Part shown: positions 27,201-38,800 of the stretch, piece after piece
Layout of the letters: the number at the start of each line of letters is the position of its first letter
Position numbering within the stretch: the stretch's first letter is position 1
DNA from: Geosiphon pyriformis uo1
Lineage: Eukaryota; Fungi; Glomeromycota
NCBI GenBank assembly: GCA_016748015.1
Contig: JAAOMT010000436.1
Location: forward strand, 1,064,033-1,128,032
Direction: 5' to 3'
DNA: 64,000 nt
The notes under the pieces: model-generated
What the model was told of the DNA's origin: nothing
What the model saw: the letters and a program-made list of their open reading frames with translations, nothing else
Database searches by the model: none
Position numbers and translations under genes: made by a program

Positions 27201-27674
27201 TGTCTTTGTTGTTGAGGTTCTAAGAGACCCATATTGATTCAAGAGAGTTTTTCTTCCAACAAGTGGTAGTTTTCAGTAGTGGGAATGATATTTGGATTTG
27301 GAAATAGAGTGTACTTTACAATTTCGATAAAATTAGAGACAATTTGAGGGTTTTCATCTTGAAAGATATTGCTGTGTATGATTCCAATTTTTAATTTGTT
27401 TAATAAAACAATAGGGTAATTATTGGGGTTGTAGAATGTAACTCGAAATTTTTTCATTTCTTTGGGAATATAAACATTTGGAATTAATATTTTATGCTTC
27501 AAACAGATTTGTTCATTGGATTCAAAAATTTGTTGTGTAGTGGTGGGTTTTGAGCAAGTGTAAATTTCGTGATGTTCTTCAAAAGGTGAAATGGTAATTG
27601 GCTGAAGAAGTTGAAGAATCTGGTGAGATTTATTTTGTGTATTAAGAATTATGTTTACTGGGACTGTAAATCGT

Positions 27675-28060
27675 CCAGTTGAACCAAAACCTTGAGTTTT
27701 TCTTTTACTTTTTCCCAATTGTTCTCTGTTGTTTACTGATTGTAAACCCGAAATGTTGATTAAGGATAAGTAAATTGCTTGAGCAATTTTTTTAGCATGT
27801 TCAATTTTGAATGATTTGTTTGTCTCATTCTGTAATATGATGGTAATGTTTCCAGTGTATCCTGCATCTATAACTCCTCCTTTAATATTGATTCCTTTGC
27901 TTGCCAATGATGATCTGGAGGCAATTTGAACCATTGCTCCTGGTGGAATTTCAAGAGCAATTTTGAGATTGATTTTTGTCAAAGACTTTGGTTGGAGAAT
28001 CAAAGTATCTTTTCCTGGGTATCTTAGGTCATATCCAGCATCAATTTTGTGTGCTTTTTC
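27675..28060 (-). other. dUTPase domain within element A pol (between protease and RT)
   Basis: All five trimeric dUTPase motifs: AGYDL, SRSSLA, GVIDAGYTG, KIAQAI, RKTQGFGSTG. Confidence 0.95.
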
Positions 28061-31000
28061 TGGTCTGATTTCTTGGCCATGGTTGTCAAAATATTTAAGT
28101 TGTAGAGGTGGTTGCTTTTCAAGAAGATAGATAGGAGTGGTTGGTAGTTTTTCTACTAGTTCAGATACTCCAAATTCGATTTCATTTTCATCATTCTCAT
28201 TTGGCAGAGGAATGCTAAGAGCATAACATTCTAAACACCATTGGTCATTATAAGGCATAACACATTCTTCACACAATTGAATGTTCATTTGCTCTAATTG
28301 TTAAATTTGAGCTTTTTTGGTCGGATATGTGTGGCTTGCAATTTGGTGGTAGGTTTCTACTTCATCTTCATAATCGAATCCAGCTAATTCCATGGTATAC
28401 TCAATAAATTCAGCTTCTTTCATTTGGCGAACATCTTCTTGGGTGGCTCTATTGATCAATGCCATTGCTAGGTCAAAAATTATTTCAGCATCATGAGGGT
28501 AGTGGTAAAGTTTATTGAGAACACTGTTGTATGTTGCATCAAATAGTGTTCCTCTTCTGACTTTTTCCGAAATTAATAGAGCATATTGACAGGTTTGATC
28601 ACATACTCCTCCTCTCATTGCTATATCAATCCAATTGCATTCTTCTGGTAGCATTTCTTCACATGTAAAGCAAGGTGTGTTGTCCTATTTTCCACTTCTT
28701 TTTGGAGATCCAAATCGTTCTCTATGGCATGCTTTGCAAAAGTAACAGGTATGAGTTTCATATTTCTTTTCTGGAGAAATACATGCTCCCATTGATGAAA
28801 GTTTTTTGTTGCAATCTTTGCATTTGAGTGGAATATAGGGTGGTTGTTTCCATGGTTCTGGTGTAAAATATCTAATTTTCTTCCATCCCTTTAATTCTTC
28901 AAAAATCTCTTGTTCGGTTTTTTCAGCCCAATTGGATGTTGATCCAAGAGCCATGTAGGTTTCAGTAAGTGGCATTTTTTTCTCCTTTTCAAATTCAAAT
29001 ACTGGAGCTTTTTCTGATTGTTTGTTAAAAGTACCACAGATTGCAGATACTATGGTATATTGTCCTTGGTATGAGATTTTAAGTTCTTGAGTTTCCCAGT
29101 TCAGGTTTGCATTGGCCTTGAGAAGCCAATCATTTCCGACTAGAGCTTGGTATTGGGGTGCATCCATAACAAGAACTTTAACTGGAATGGTGATTCCATC
29201 AATTGAAAAAGGGAAATCATCAATTTCTCCTATTGGAGTCTTCTTTATACCATCAGCTATAACAATAACTGTTTGAGCTGGTCTGTTTACATTTTGTTTG
29301 AGTTGTTGCATTAGCTGGTAAGTAATGATACTTCCAGCTGATCCACTATCTAAGATTAAGCGAATGGGTTTTCCTTCCACTGTAGCTTCTGTGTACATGG
29401 CAGTAATTGCTTTCTGTTCATTAACTGCTGCATTACTAAGCAGAAATGGTGATTCATTTGCTTCAAATTCAAATGAAAATATATTTGACAGATTAGCATT
29501 TTGGGCAATTTGAGCTAATGGGATGGTATGGTTGGAAGGGTTTGATCTTAGTGCTGTAACTTCATTTTCAGAAAGTGCAGTTTGTTGAAAATTCGATTCC
29601 TCTGATATTGTAAGATAACTGAGTTAAGTGTGATAGTGATTGGGTCTTTGCTGACCCAAATTTTGGGGAACCAACTGGTTATTTGGATTGATTCTGTTGT
29701 GGTTATTCTGCAATTGATTTTGGGGTGTGAATTGGTTATGTTGAACCAATCTTCTTGCTGGTACTTAATATTGTTGAATGGGTGGTGTCTAATATGGCTG
29801 AATTGGTAAAAGTTGCTGATATTGTTGCTGTATTGATTGTAAAGCTGGTGGATAGTAGTTTTGATTTTGTGGTCTTGGTGAATAATAGGTTGGTGGTGGA
29901 AATTGGTAATAGGATTGTTGTGGTGAAGAGTAACGTTGATTACTCCTGTTTTGTTGGTCTCTTTGTAATTTCCTACAATCTCGTTTCCAGTGTCCTGGAA
30001 TTTCACAATAATGACAATTTTTAGATTGGTTGTTGGATGGTAATCCAAAATTGTTTTGGTTGCATCGTTGTGGTAGTTGATATCTTTGTGGTTGTTGCTG
30101 CTATTGTTGTTGGTTTGTAAAATAGCTTTCAACTTTCTTTGTGAGTTGGTCTATCTTTTCTTCAGCTGCTGAGCTGGTTTCTCTAATTGCAAGGTTTACA
30201 AACTTGGTGTGATTTGCTTCTTCCATTGCCATCTCATAGCTCTTTGCATGTCTAATAGCAATTGCTAAGTCTGCTGGAGCATGTGGATGGACTTTCTTAA
30301 TCAGTTTGTCTTTTAACCCTGCTATAAACTGATTCAGAATTTGAGCATCAGAATAGTAGTCATTGGTTTCTAATTGTCGAATTTGTCTGAGAAGTTTGTT
30401 AAATCTTCCAAGATAGGTCATAACAGATTCAGATGTTTCTTGTTTAATATTGCGAAAGCAGTTTCTGAGAGTGATAGAAGTATTGTTGTCAGTAAATTGT
30501 TGTAAAAAAGCATCTTTGAATGCTTGCCAGTTTTCAAATGGTTCTTCTAAATTTTCAAACCATTCTCCTGCTGTTCCTTGGAGAAAGTAGGGAATTGCTT
30601 TGAGCATTCTTGCTGCAATCCAACCATTTGCATCTCCTGCTTTTTGAACCTTGTTAAGCCATTCTTGAGGACTGGTATCATTGTTTTCACCAGTGAATTC
30701 TGGGATTTTTGCAATGTAAGCAGTTGTCATTTCTTCTTCATTTTCTGTAATTTCTTCTGGTTCTGATTCAGTTTCTTCACTTTTCAAGCTTTCTGAGTGA
30801 TTACTTTCGTTTTCCTGTAAGTAATCAATAATATTGGCACTTGTTGATATTGGTTCCTGCTGTTGAGCAGGATTTCTAGGTGACTGAAAATCTTCTGGTC
30901 TGGAAAAACGGCTAAGTGATGAACTTGGTGTTTGTGGTTGAACAAGTAAAATTAGAAATAGTGTAATAAAAAGTGGTAATTTGACACTGGTTCCTTGTTC

Positions 31001-31474
31001 AAGTGTTTGCAAGTGTTTGGCAGTTGTCTTTTGTAGTGTTGGAGTATTTGGAGTGGTTTTTGAGTATTGTTTCAATCTTTGTTTGTCTTTGTTGCTTGTT
31101 TCTGTCTCTGATTCAAAGTCAAAAGAGTATTTAGACTGTACTGGGTATTTTTCTTCACAATACTCAATAATATTAAAATTAAGTTCTTGGAAGTAGGTAG
31201 CAAGTGTTTCACTGTTCAGGTCTTCTGTTCCCAATTGTGAATAGTGCACTAAATTATTGTAGAAATTGCTTCTAACTTCTGAAATGTTGTAGTTTTCAAA
31301 AAGATAATTGTTAATGTGGTTTTCAATGTATTGATATACTGATTTCTTTACAACTTCAATTCCGTCTGGAATGTTGAATCTTTGCTTGCAGTGGGTGTAA
31401 ATTGACTGGTAATACTCTAGAGTTGCTGTGTCTGGTGTGGTCACCACTTTGAATTTGTTGTTGCTGTATTATTT

Positions 31475-31490
31475 CCATGGGAGAGCACCA
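31475..31490 (-). promoter_or_regulatory. Primer-binding site of element A (TGGTGCTCTCCCATGG)
   Basis: TGG-starting sequence 2 nt inside the 5' LTR; primer tRNA not assignable by eye. Confidence 0.85.
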
Positions 31491-31492
31491 AA

Positions 31493-32465
31493 TGTTACCA
31501 AAGGTTTTTGGTCTCTTTTCTTAAATGTTGTTGATGCCTGTTTGTTGTGAATTCACATTTTCTGGATGTGGTTGAACCTCCAATAACTGAATTTATCTTC
31601 AAATTATCTCTTATAATTTGAACTGCTGGACTTATAAGTGGAATGGCCAATTCCTTGCCAGTTACTTTATGTAGTTACATTGTAGTAAATGTCAACTTTT
31701 TCCCAGGAATTGCTTGTCTGGAAGCTCACTAAAAATATGTAGTTACTTTGCTGTGAAAGTCAACTCTTTTATAGGAATCTTGTCTGTAGAGTACTCTAAT
31801 AATTGTAATAAGAAAAGAAAAGAAAAATAAAAGAAATGTAAAAGAAATAAGTTTTTATCAAGAGAACCATTTTCTATCCAGGCCTGGAGTCACTAATAGT
31901 TTACTGAAATTGGTAGCTAATCAATTTCAAAATGTTAGTTGGGTTTTAGGGGGTTTTTCCAAGTACAATAATTAAAGAATTTGGTTTTTCGAATTATTTG
32001 ATATTTATTTCTTTTTGTGTGTATAGGAACGGTTTTAAAAGATAAATCTAAAGTAAGATACATTTTCCAGAAGAAAAAAGCTCTTCTTTTATACAACTTG
32101 TTGTAGTACTAGTCTATGAACTTGCACTTTTTCTCTTTGCTCAAATTTCGGTGAACTAAAGATACATTTTAATGAACTACAAGTTATTTCGCTGAACTAT
32201 TAATTAATTTGGATGAACTATTCATAATTTCGGCGAATTTCTGTAAATTTCGGTGAATTTTTGAATGTTACAAAGTTCAGAATATTGTGTAATTTGATCA
32301 TCCTACTTTCTGTTATACTAATTAGATTATTTTAATTGAATTGTGATATGTGATAATTGATTAAATAATAAATGATAATTTGAAATGATATTAATATACT
32401 AATAAATTATAGGAATTATAAGGGTAATTTCATGCTAATTAATAGCTAAAATTTTACTGGTAACA
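31493..32465 (-). repeat. 5' LTR of element A (973 bp)
   Basis: TGTTACC...GGTAACA termini; repeat of 23073-23552 and inverted homolog of 55730-56774. Confidence 0.95.
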
Positions 32466-32533
32466 ATGCATCCCCAATAATTAAGAACACCAAACATTAC
32501 CAGTTCTATTACCCACCAAGTTTACCTATAACA

Positions 32534-32762
32534 CCATAATAGGTATTTTCCCAAAAGTGTTCTTTACTTTTTCTATTATATTATCTGACCAGTTTTTATC
32601 ATTCTTTGGTAACCGCTGATATGGTGTATTCTTTGTCTTTCTTTTGATGTTTTGATAGCAAATTGTTTGGTTGTTAATGATAATTTCCATGTTTAAAGGT
32701 TGTTGACTTAAGGCCTGGAATAATTGTTGAGCTATAGTGTAAATATGATTTGGTATTTCCAT
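32534..32762 (-). pseudogene. Element B ORF3, N-terminal part
   Basis: MEIPNHIYTIAQQLFQALSQQPLNMEIIINNQTICY... starts ~60 nt after the pol stop; cut by LTR C at the CCAT TSD. Confidence 0.8.
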
Positions 32763-32822
32763 TTTTCTTGGTTGCCTTTGTCATGTATACTGTGTCTTTA
32801 TATACTCTTTTATTGTTTAATT

Positions 32823-35800
32823 TTACATGTTTGGTTCAATGATTATGATTGGTTCCAGATCTCATAAAATCTCATTTGGTTGAACCAGTATTTATTATAT
32901 TCTTAATTGTAGAATGTTATTAGTAAATGATGATGCTATTTAGTGATATGGTTTCAGTCAATCACCATGTGCTACTTTGGCTAAGATTTTGTTATCCCAT
33001 CTTAGTTTATAAGCTCCATTTCTAAGAATTTCTTCTATGTGAAATGGTCCATCCCATTTGGGATCAAATTTTCCACTCCATTGTTTTTCCGCTTTGGTAT
33101 GATGTAGAAGTACTTTGTCTCTAATCTTGAATTCAACTGGTTTATCTGGTAATTGGTTATCATGTTGTTTTTTTTGCTTTTCTTGAGACTTTTGAATGTT
33201 ATTAGCTGCTTTTTGTTGTCTGTTTTCTAGTGTTTCTATTAGGTCATATGTTTTTCTCAACAATGTTTCTTGGAAATTAGCTTCTGTTATTGGTTCTATT
33301 GGATATGTGCTGACTTCTCTCTCCACTGGTAATGTTGCTGTCCTACTATATACCAATTCAAATAGTGTTGCTTGTGTAGTATCTTGTCTTATTGTTTGAT
33401 AAGCAAATAATACTAATGGTATAAACAAATTCCATTTATCTTGGTTTTCTTGACTGATTTTGGCAATTGTTTCACACAGTGTTCTGTTAAACTTTTTGAC
33501 TAGTCCATTTGTTTATGGATGATATAGTGATAATAATGGTCTTTTTATCTCAAATCTTTGACTTAATTCTATTAATGTTCTATTCACAAAATGAGTTCCT
33601 TGATCTGATAGTAGTTCTTTTGAACATCTGTGTCGACATATCAAATCTTGATGGATGAATTTGGCAACAAATTCTGCATCTGCTCTTTGAATGGCTTTTG
33701 TTTCTGGCCATTTTGTAAGATAGTTCATGGCTACTGCAATATATCTGTTGCCTCTGCTGGTGATTGTTAATGGTCTGACTAAGTTAATTCCAATGTGATC
33801 AAATGATTGTCCTACTTTGATTGGTCTTAATGATTCACTTGGTCTTGTTCCACCTCTTTTTTGACAAGCATTACAATTTTGAATATATTGGATGATGTTT
33901 GGATACATTGATGGCCAATAATATCTCTTTCTGATTCTTTTCATGGTCACTTCTTTATGAAAATGTTCTGTTGTTGGGTCTAAGTGCATGTTGAATAATA
34001 TTGTCTCTTTCTCTGGTTCTGTGATTACTCTAGTTGGTTGATCTGGATTTCTTCTGTTCTTCCAGTAAAATATATTTTGATGGTTAATAAAATTTTTTGA
34101 TTGTTGTTTTATGTTCTTTTGTTCTTTTTGAGATAATTTCTCCTTGAACAATTGGGTATTTATATAATATTAAAGTTGTTGTATTTTTGTATATTTATCT
34201 TTTGTTATATTTTTGGTTGGAATGTTTTTAGACTTGTCTCATTCATAACAGTCTGTTGGCATTTTTATTGTCTTTTCCCTTTTTATAATGTACTGTATAA
34301 TTAAATGGTGAAAGTTTTATTTTCCATCTGGCATGGTAATTGTTTGTAAATTCTTGTTTCTGGATTGAAGTCAATCCTTTGTGATTAGTGTACACTTCAA
34401 ATTTTTGACTCAAGTATTTTTTCCATTTGATAACAGCCCAATAAATAGCTAAGTGTTCTAGTGCTGGAGTTCTATAGTTTTTCTCAGCTAGACTTAAGTT
34501 TCTACTGGCATAAGCTACTGGATGTTCTCTTTCATCTGATTTTTTCTGTAATAATACTGCTCCTAATGCTTGACCTAATGTATCAGTGGTGATTATGAAT
34601 GGTTTGCTATGATCTGGATACATCAATATTGGAGCTTGGATAAGCTTTCTTCTTAATGTGTTAAATGCTTCTTGTTGAGCTTCAGTTCATTCATACTTTA
34701 TATTCTTGGTCTGTAGATGGTGAAGTGGCTGAGCCAGTTTTGAAAAGTCTTTGATAAAACGGTGATAATAGTCTGTGAAACCTAAAAATGCTCTTAGTTC
34801 TGTCAAGTTAGTTGGTACCAGAAAGTTTTTAACTACTTCAATCTTGTCTGAATCCATTTTGATTCTATTTTTGCTCACTACATGTTCCAAAAACTTGAGT
34901 TTGGTTTTTCCAAAGAAACATTTGGTTGTATTTAGTTTTAATTCTGCTCTTTTTAATCTTTCGAACACTTGTTAGAAATAATGCAGATAATTATTAAATG
35001 TTTTTGAGAACACATTGATGTCATTCAAGTATATGACTACTGATTTCCATAGTAATCCAGTATAGACAATTTCCATAAGCCATTGGAATGTTGCTGGAGC
35101 ATTCATCAAGCCAAATGACATGACTTTAAACTCAAAATTTTTTTTTCTTGTGGTGAATGCTGTTTTTTCTTTGTTGGCTGAATTCATGGCTACTTGCCAG
35201 TAACTACTATCTAAATCTAGTGTTGAGAACCATTTATTTCCTTTAAAAGCGTCGAATAGTTCTTGGATCTTTGGAGTTAGATAGCTATCATCTTTTGTTA
35301 CTTTATTCAGTTTCCAGTAGTCTACACAAAAACGAATTTTTCCATTTTTTTTATGAACCAATACCACTGGTGATGACTATAGACTCATTGATGGCTGAAT
35401 TAGCCTATTGTTAAGCATTTGGTTAATTTCTTGATGAATGATCTTATGGCTAACTGGTGGTACTCTGTATGCTCTTTGTTTAATTGGCATTGTATTTCCA
35501 GTCTTAATCTGATGCTAAATGATGTTGGTTCAGCCAAATTCATTTTCGCTAGCAAAGATGTCATTGAAATTGTTGAGTAACATTTTGAGTTGCATCTGTT
35601 AAAGTGAATCTAGATTTCTCATGTTCATCTGTTCTAATTGTTTTAGTTGGAGCAAATAACATTTACTTTTTCTGTAAATGGTTTGTGATGTAATGTCCAC
35701 ATATCCACAAAGCTGTGGAAAATCTGGAATGTGATTTGGTGGTTGATCCTCAACTTCAGTAGTTAAATATCCAATAATAATTCCCTTTGGTATTTCAATA

Positions 35801-38800
35801 ATCTTTTTAATTGCATAATAGATAGAAATTTTGATGTTTTTGGGGCTTTTGGGTGATATGTAGAGATTGGTGAGTCCAATCTCCCCTGATTTACAAATAG
35901 TGGCTTCTGCTTTAAACAATTGAGCTTGATTCCTTACTTCTTTTTTTATGGCTAATATATACTGGTCATATGGCGGAATGGAAATTGTTTGACGGATTGA
36001 GATAATTTCTCTTTTGTTAACAATTTCTTCCTCTGCCATATTAACTGGTATATCTATTCTACCTGTGGATTCAAATCCCTATATCCCTCTTGCTGTTATC
36101 CTTAATTCTTTCCTGTTTTCTACTGATACTAATTTAGCTATTTTCACCAAAGGCAGGAATATTGCCTGTGCTATCTTTTCATTTGGCTCTATGGTATAGG
36201 CCTTTTCTGAGTCATTTTGTAGCATAGCAATGATATTTCCTACATACCCTGTGTCAATTATTTCTCCTCTGATGTTGATTCCTTTTTTTGCTAGGCTATT
36301 TCTAGATGTTAATTGAACCATAGTTGTTGTTAGAATTTCTAGAGCTATTTTGAGATCAATATATGTGCACAAATTTGGTTTTAATTTGATGGCTTCTTTT
36401 CCCAGATATCTCAAATCAAACCCTGCATTGGTATCATGCACACATTCTGGCATGATACTTTTATTATTGTTACTATACCATTTGAGTTCTTGCTCCTTAG
36501 ATAGATCAGAAAGTGCAATGTATATTTCAGGGTTTGAATTGGAGTCTGAATCGTTGATATTTTCATTGTCATATTGAACAGAGCTGAAAACAGTGTTTTC
36601 CTTATTATTGTTGTCAGAGTTTGAATCAGGATTGAAAAGTTGATTCCAATTCTGATGTGCAGTTGCTCATTGGTTCATCTTCTTCTGAGATCATGTAGAT
36701 CATGCATGGTGGTGGATTGTAAATGAGGTCACACTTATTACAATACTGGAAGTCACATGGGATCAAACAGTGGTCACATAATCAGGTGTTTATTTCTTCT
36801 AAGCATTGTTCCTGCTCTTCTCTGGTGGGTGCTAATTACTGGTAATGTTCATGAAATTCCTCTGGGTTGTCCTTAATGTTGCCAAAGATGTTGAAAGTTT
36901 GGACGTATTCAGGTTCAAGAAGAGATAAAGGGTTGTTTTTTATTTTCAGTAGTTTACTGGTTGTTACACCTTTTGTTTTCGCATATGTCATTCTCCAGAG
37001 TTCATGTTCATTGTAGAAATATCTTTTTAATTGTTACAATGCTCTTTTTCAGATGTTATTAATAGAAGTTTTTTTGCATACCTAGTTGTTTATTAAGATG
37101 GTATACTGGCATGTCTTATTACATATCTTTCCTCACCCAGGAATGTCATTCCACATTCTTTCGTTAGGCAAGATAGTTTCACATGCGAGACATGGTTGGT
37201 TGTCCCATTTTCCTTGTCATTTCAGTCATCCAAAGCATTCTATGATGCATGGGCGGCAATAGAATTTTGTTGTTATGACATATTCTTTATCATTGCCATA
37301 ACAAGTGCCTATTGATGACAGTTTCTTGCTGCAATTAACATACTCTAATTTTGGTCAACAATAATTGGATGGTTGTAATAAAGTATAAGCATATGGACTG
37401 TAAGTGCTGCTGGTGAGGATAGTTTCTTCTTTTTTCTTCTTTCTCTTTCCTTTGTCAGTTTTTTTCTACTTTCAGGTTGTAGATTCATCTTGATCATTAT
37501 CTATTTCCCAGGCTTGGCTGGTATTCCAAGTAAGTTTTTTGTTCTCCTTCTCTTTTCCTTTGTCATCTCAAGAAAGTATCAGTAGTAGCTCGTTATGGTT
37601 TTCATCAGCCCAAGAGACTTGGTATGCTTCCCAGGTAGGTTTTTCTTTGTCTTCCTCGAATTTGATAAGTGAGGTTGTCAAATTGGTGGTTTTGAAATGG
37701 CCACACATGGCTGGTACATGTGTGTGTTGACCATTTTGGCTCAGTTGGAGCTCTTGCATTGTCCAGTCCAGTATGGCATTGGTTTTAGATAACCAGTCAT
37801 TCTCTACTAATACCTGATATTGGGTTGCTTCCATCACTAGAACTTTAATGGGAATGATGATGCCATTAACTTCAAAAGGGAAGTCATCAATCTCACCAAT
37901 AGGAGTTTTGGTTGCTCCATTGGTGGTTATGATTCTGGCACTGGCAGTACAATCAACTCGGCAACCTAATTGGTCCATGAGTTGTTTTGTAATGATGCTG
38001 CCAGCTAATCCACTGTCTAGAATCAGTTTGATGGAGTGGCCATCAACTTTAGCATTAGTGTACATGGCAGTAATGGGTTTTTCTTCCAGAGTGGCTCCAC
38101 TAAATAACGGTGTGGTCGACGGTTCTTTGAGTTTAAATGGGAAGATGGCATCCAGTAATTCGTTCTCAATAATAGTAGCTGGCAAAATGTTACTGGTAAG
38201 TGTTGGGTGTTGGTTGGCTTTCAGGTTATTGGGTTGAGCATCTTTTGGGGTAATCAGTAGACTTAAATAGTTCTGGGTGTTGGGCATACCCAGTGTCCAA
38301 ATTCCATTGTTAAGATCTTGCTGATTGTGTAGAAGAACTAAGAATTGGTTGGTGGACTACCATCAATGATCTCCAGCTTTGTTGAGTCAATCTCGGCCTT
38401 TGAGTTCTGTTTTGAGATAAGTTCTGTGGTGGTGTTTGAATTTGTTGGGGCTGATATATTACCTGAGGCTGTGGCTGATAAATGGGTTGTGGCTATGGCT
38501 AATAATTTGCTGGTGTCATTGGTTGATAAATTGGTGTTTAATATACTGGTGGTTGATAAGGTGGCTGCTGCATCATAGGTAGGTAATTCTGATGATATGG
38601 TTCTGAGTTTGGTGGGTTATTTGGAATTTGAAACCAGCAATCAGGGTTTTGATATTGATTTCCCGATTATTGGTTATTTAAGTGATGGCAGCAATCGATT
38701 TGTAGATGTCCTTGTTTACCACAATAGTGGCAAACACGTATTTCCTGTTGCCACTGTTGATTGGTTGACAATAATGAACATGACTGATTCTGGAAACGAT

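Larger units (their letters stand above)
24382..31558 (-). pseudogene. Element A gag-pol polyprotein (single frame from Gag to RT, multiple nonsense transitions)
   Basis: Retrotrans-gag (IPEFTGE...AGEWFENL...IKQETSESVMTYLGRF); CCHC CHYCEIPGHWKRDC ~29975-30015; protease LILDSGSAGSII ~29325-29360; RT YLDD ~26627-26638; RNase H ATDASH ~26185; integrase HHCC and core 25560-24900. ORF-track fragments from 31447 to 26369 are all in one frame. No chromodomain seen. Confidence 0.93.
23073..32465 (-). mobile_element. Ty3/Gypsy LTR retrotransposon A (dUTPase + ORF3), full-length, decayed
   Basis: Near-identical LTRs 23073-23552 (with N gap) and 31493-32465. TSD ACGC (23069-23072) / ATGC (32466-32469), one C->T apart. 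PBS 31475-31490; PPT GAGAAGGAGATTA at 23553-23566. Confidence 0.95.
22175..32533 (+). mobile_element. Solo LTR C (22175-23072 + 32470-32533, ~960 bp), opposite orientation to B, split by element A
   Basis: Starts TGTTAC at 22175, ends TAACA at 32533. TSD CCAT at 22171-22174 and 32534-32537. Shares blocks with the B LTR in reverse complement. Internal ATAACAC(A)G-type repeats at ~22225-22440. Confidence 0.85.

Noticed and set aside
27675-28060. dUTPase as a direct counter-defence against the C->T hypermutation
   Set aside because: dUTPase lowers dUTP incorporation but cannot prevent cytosine or 5mC deamination in DNA; both carriers are mutated anyway.
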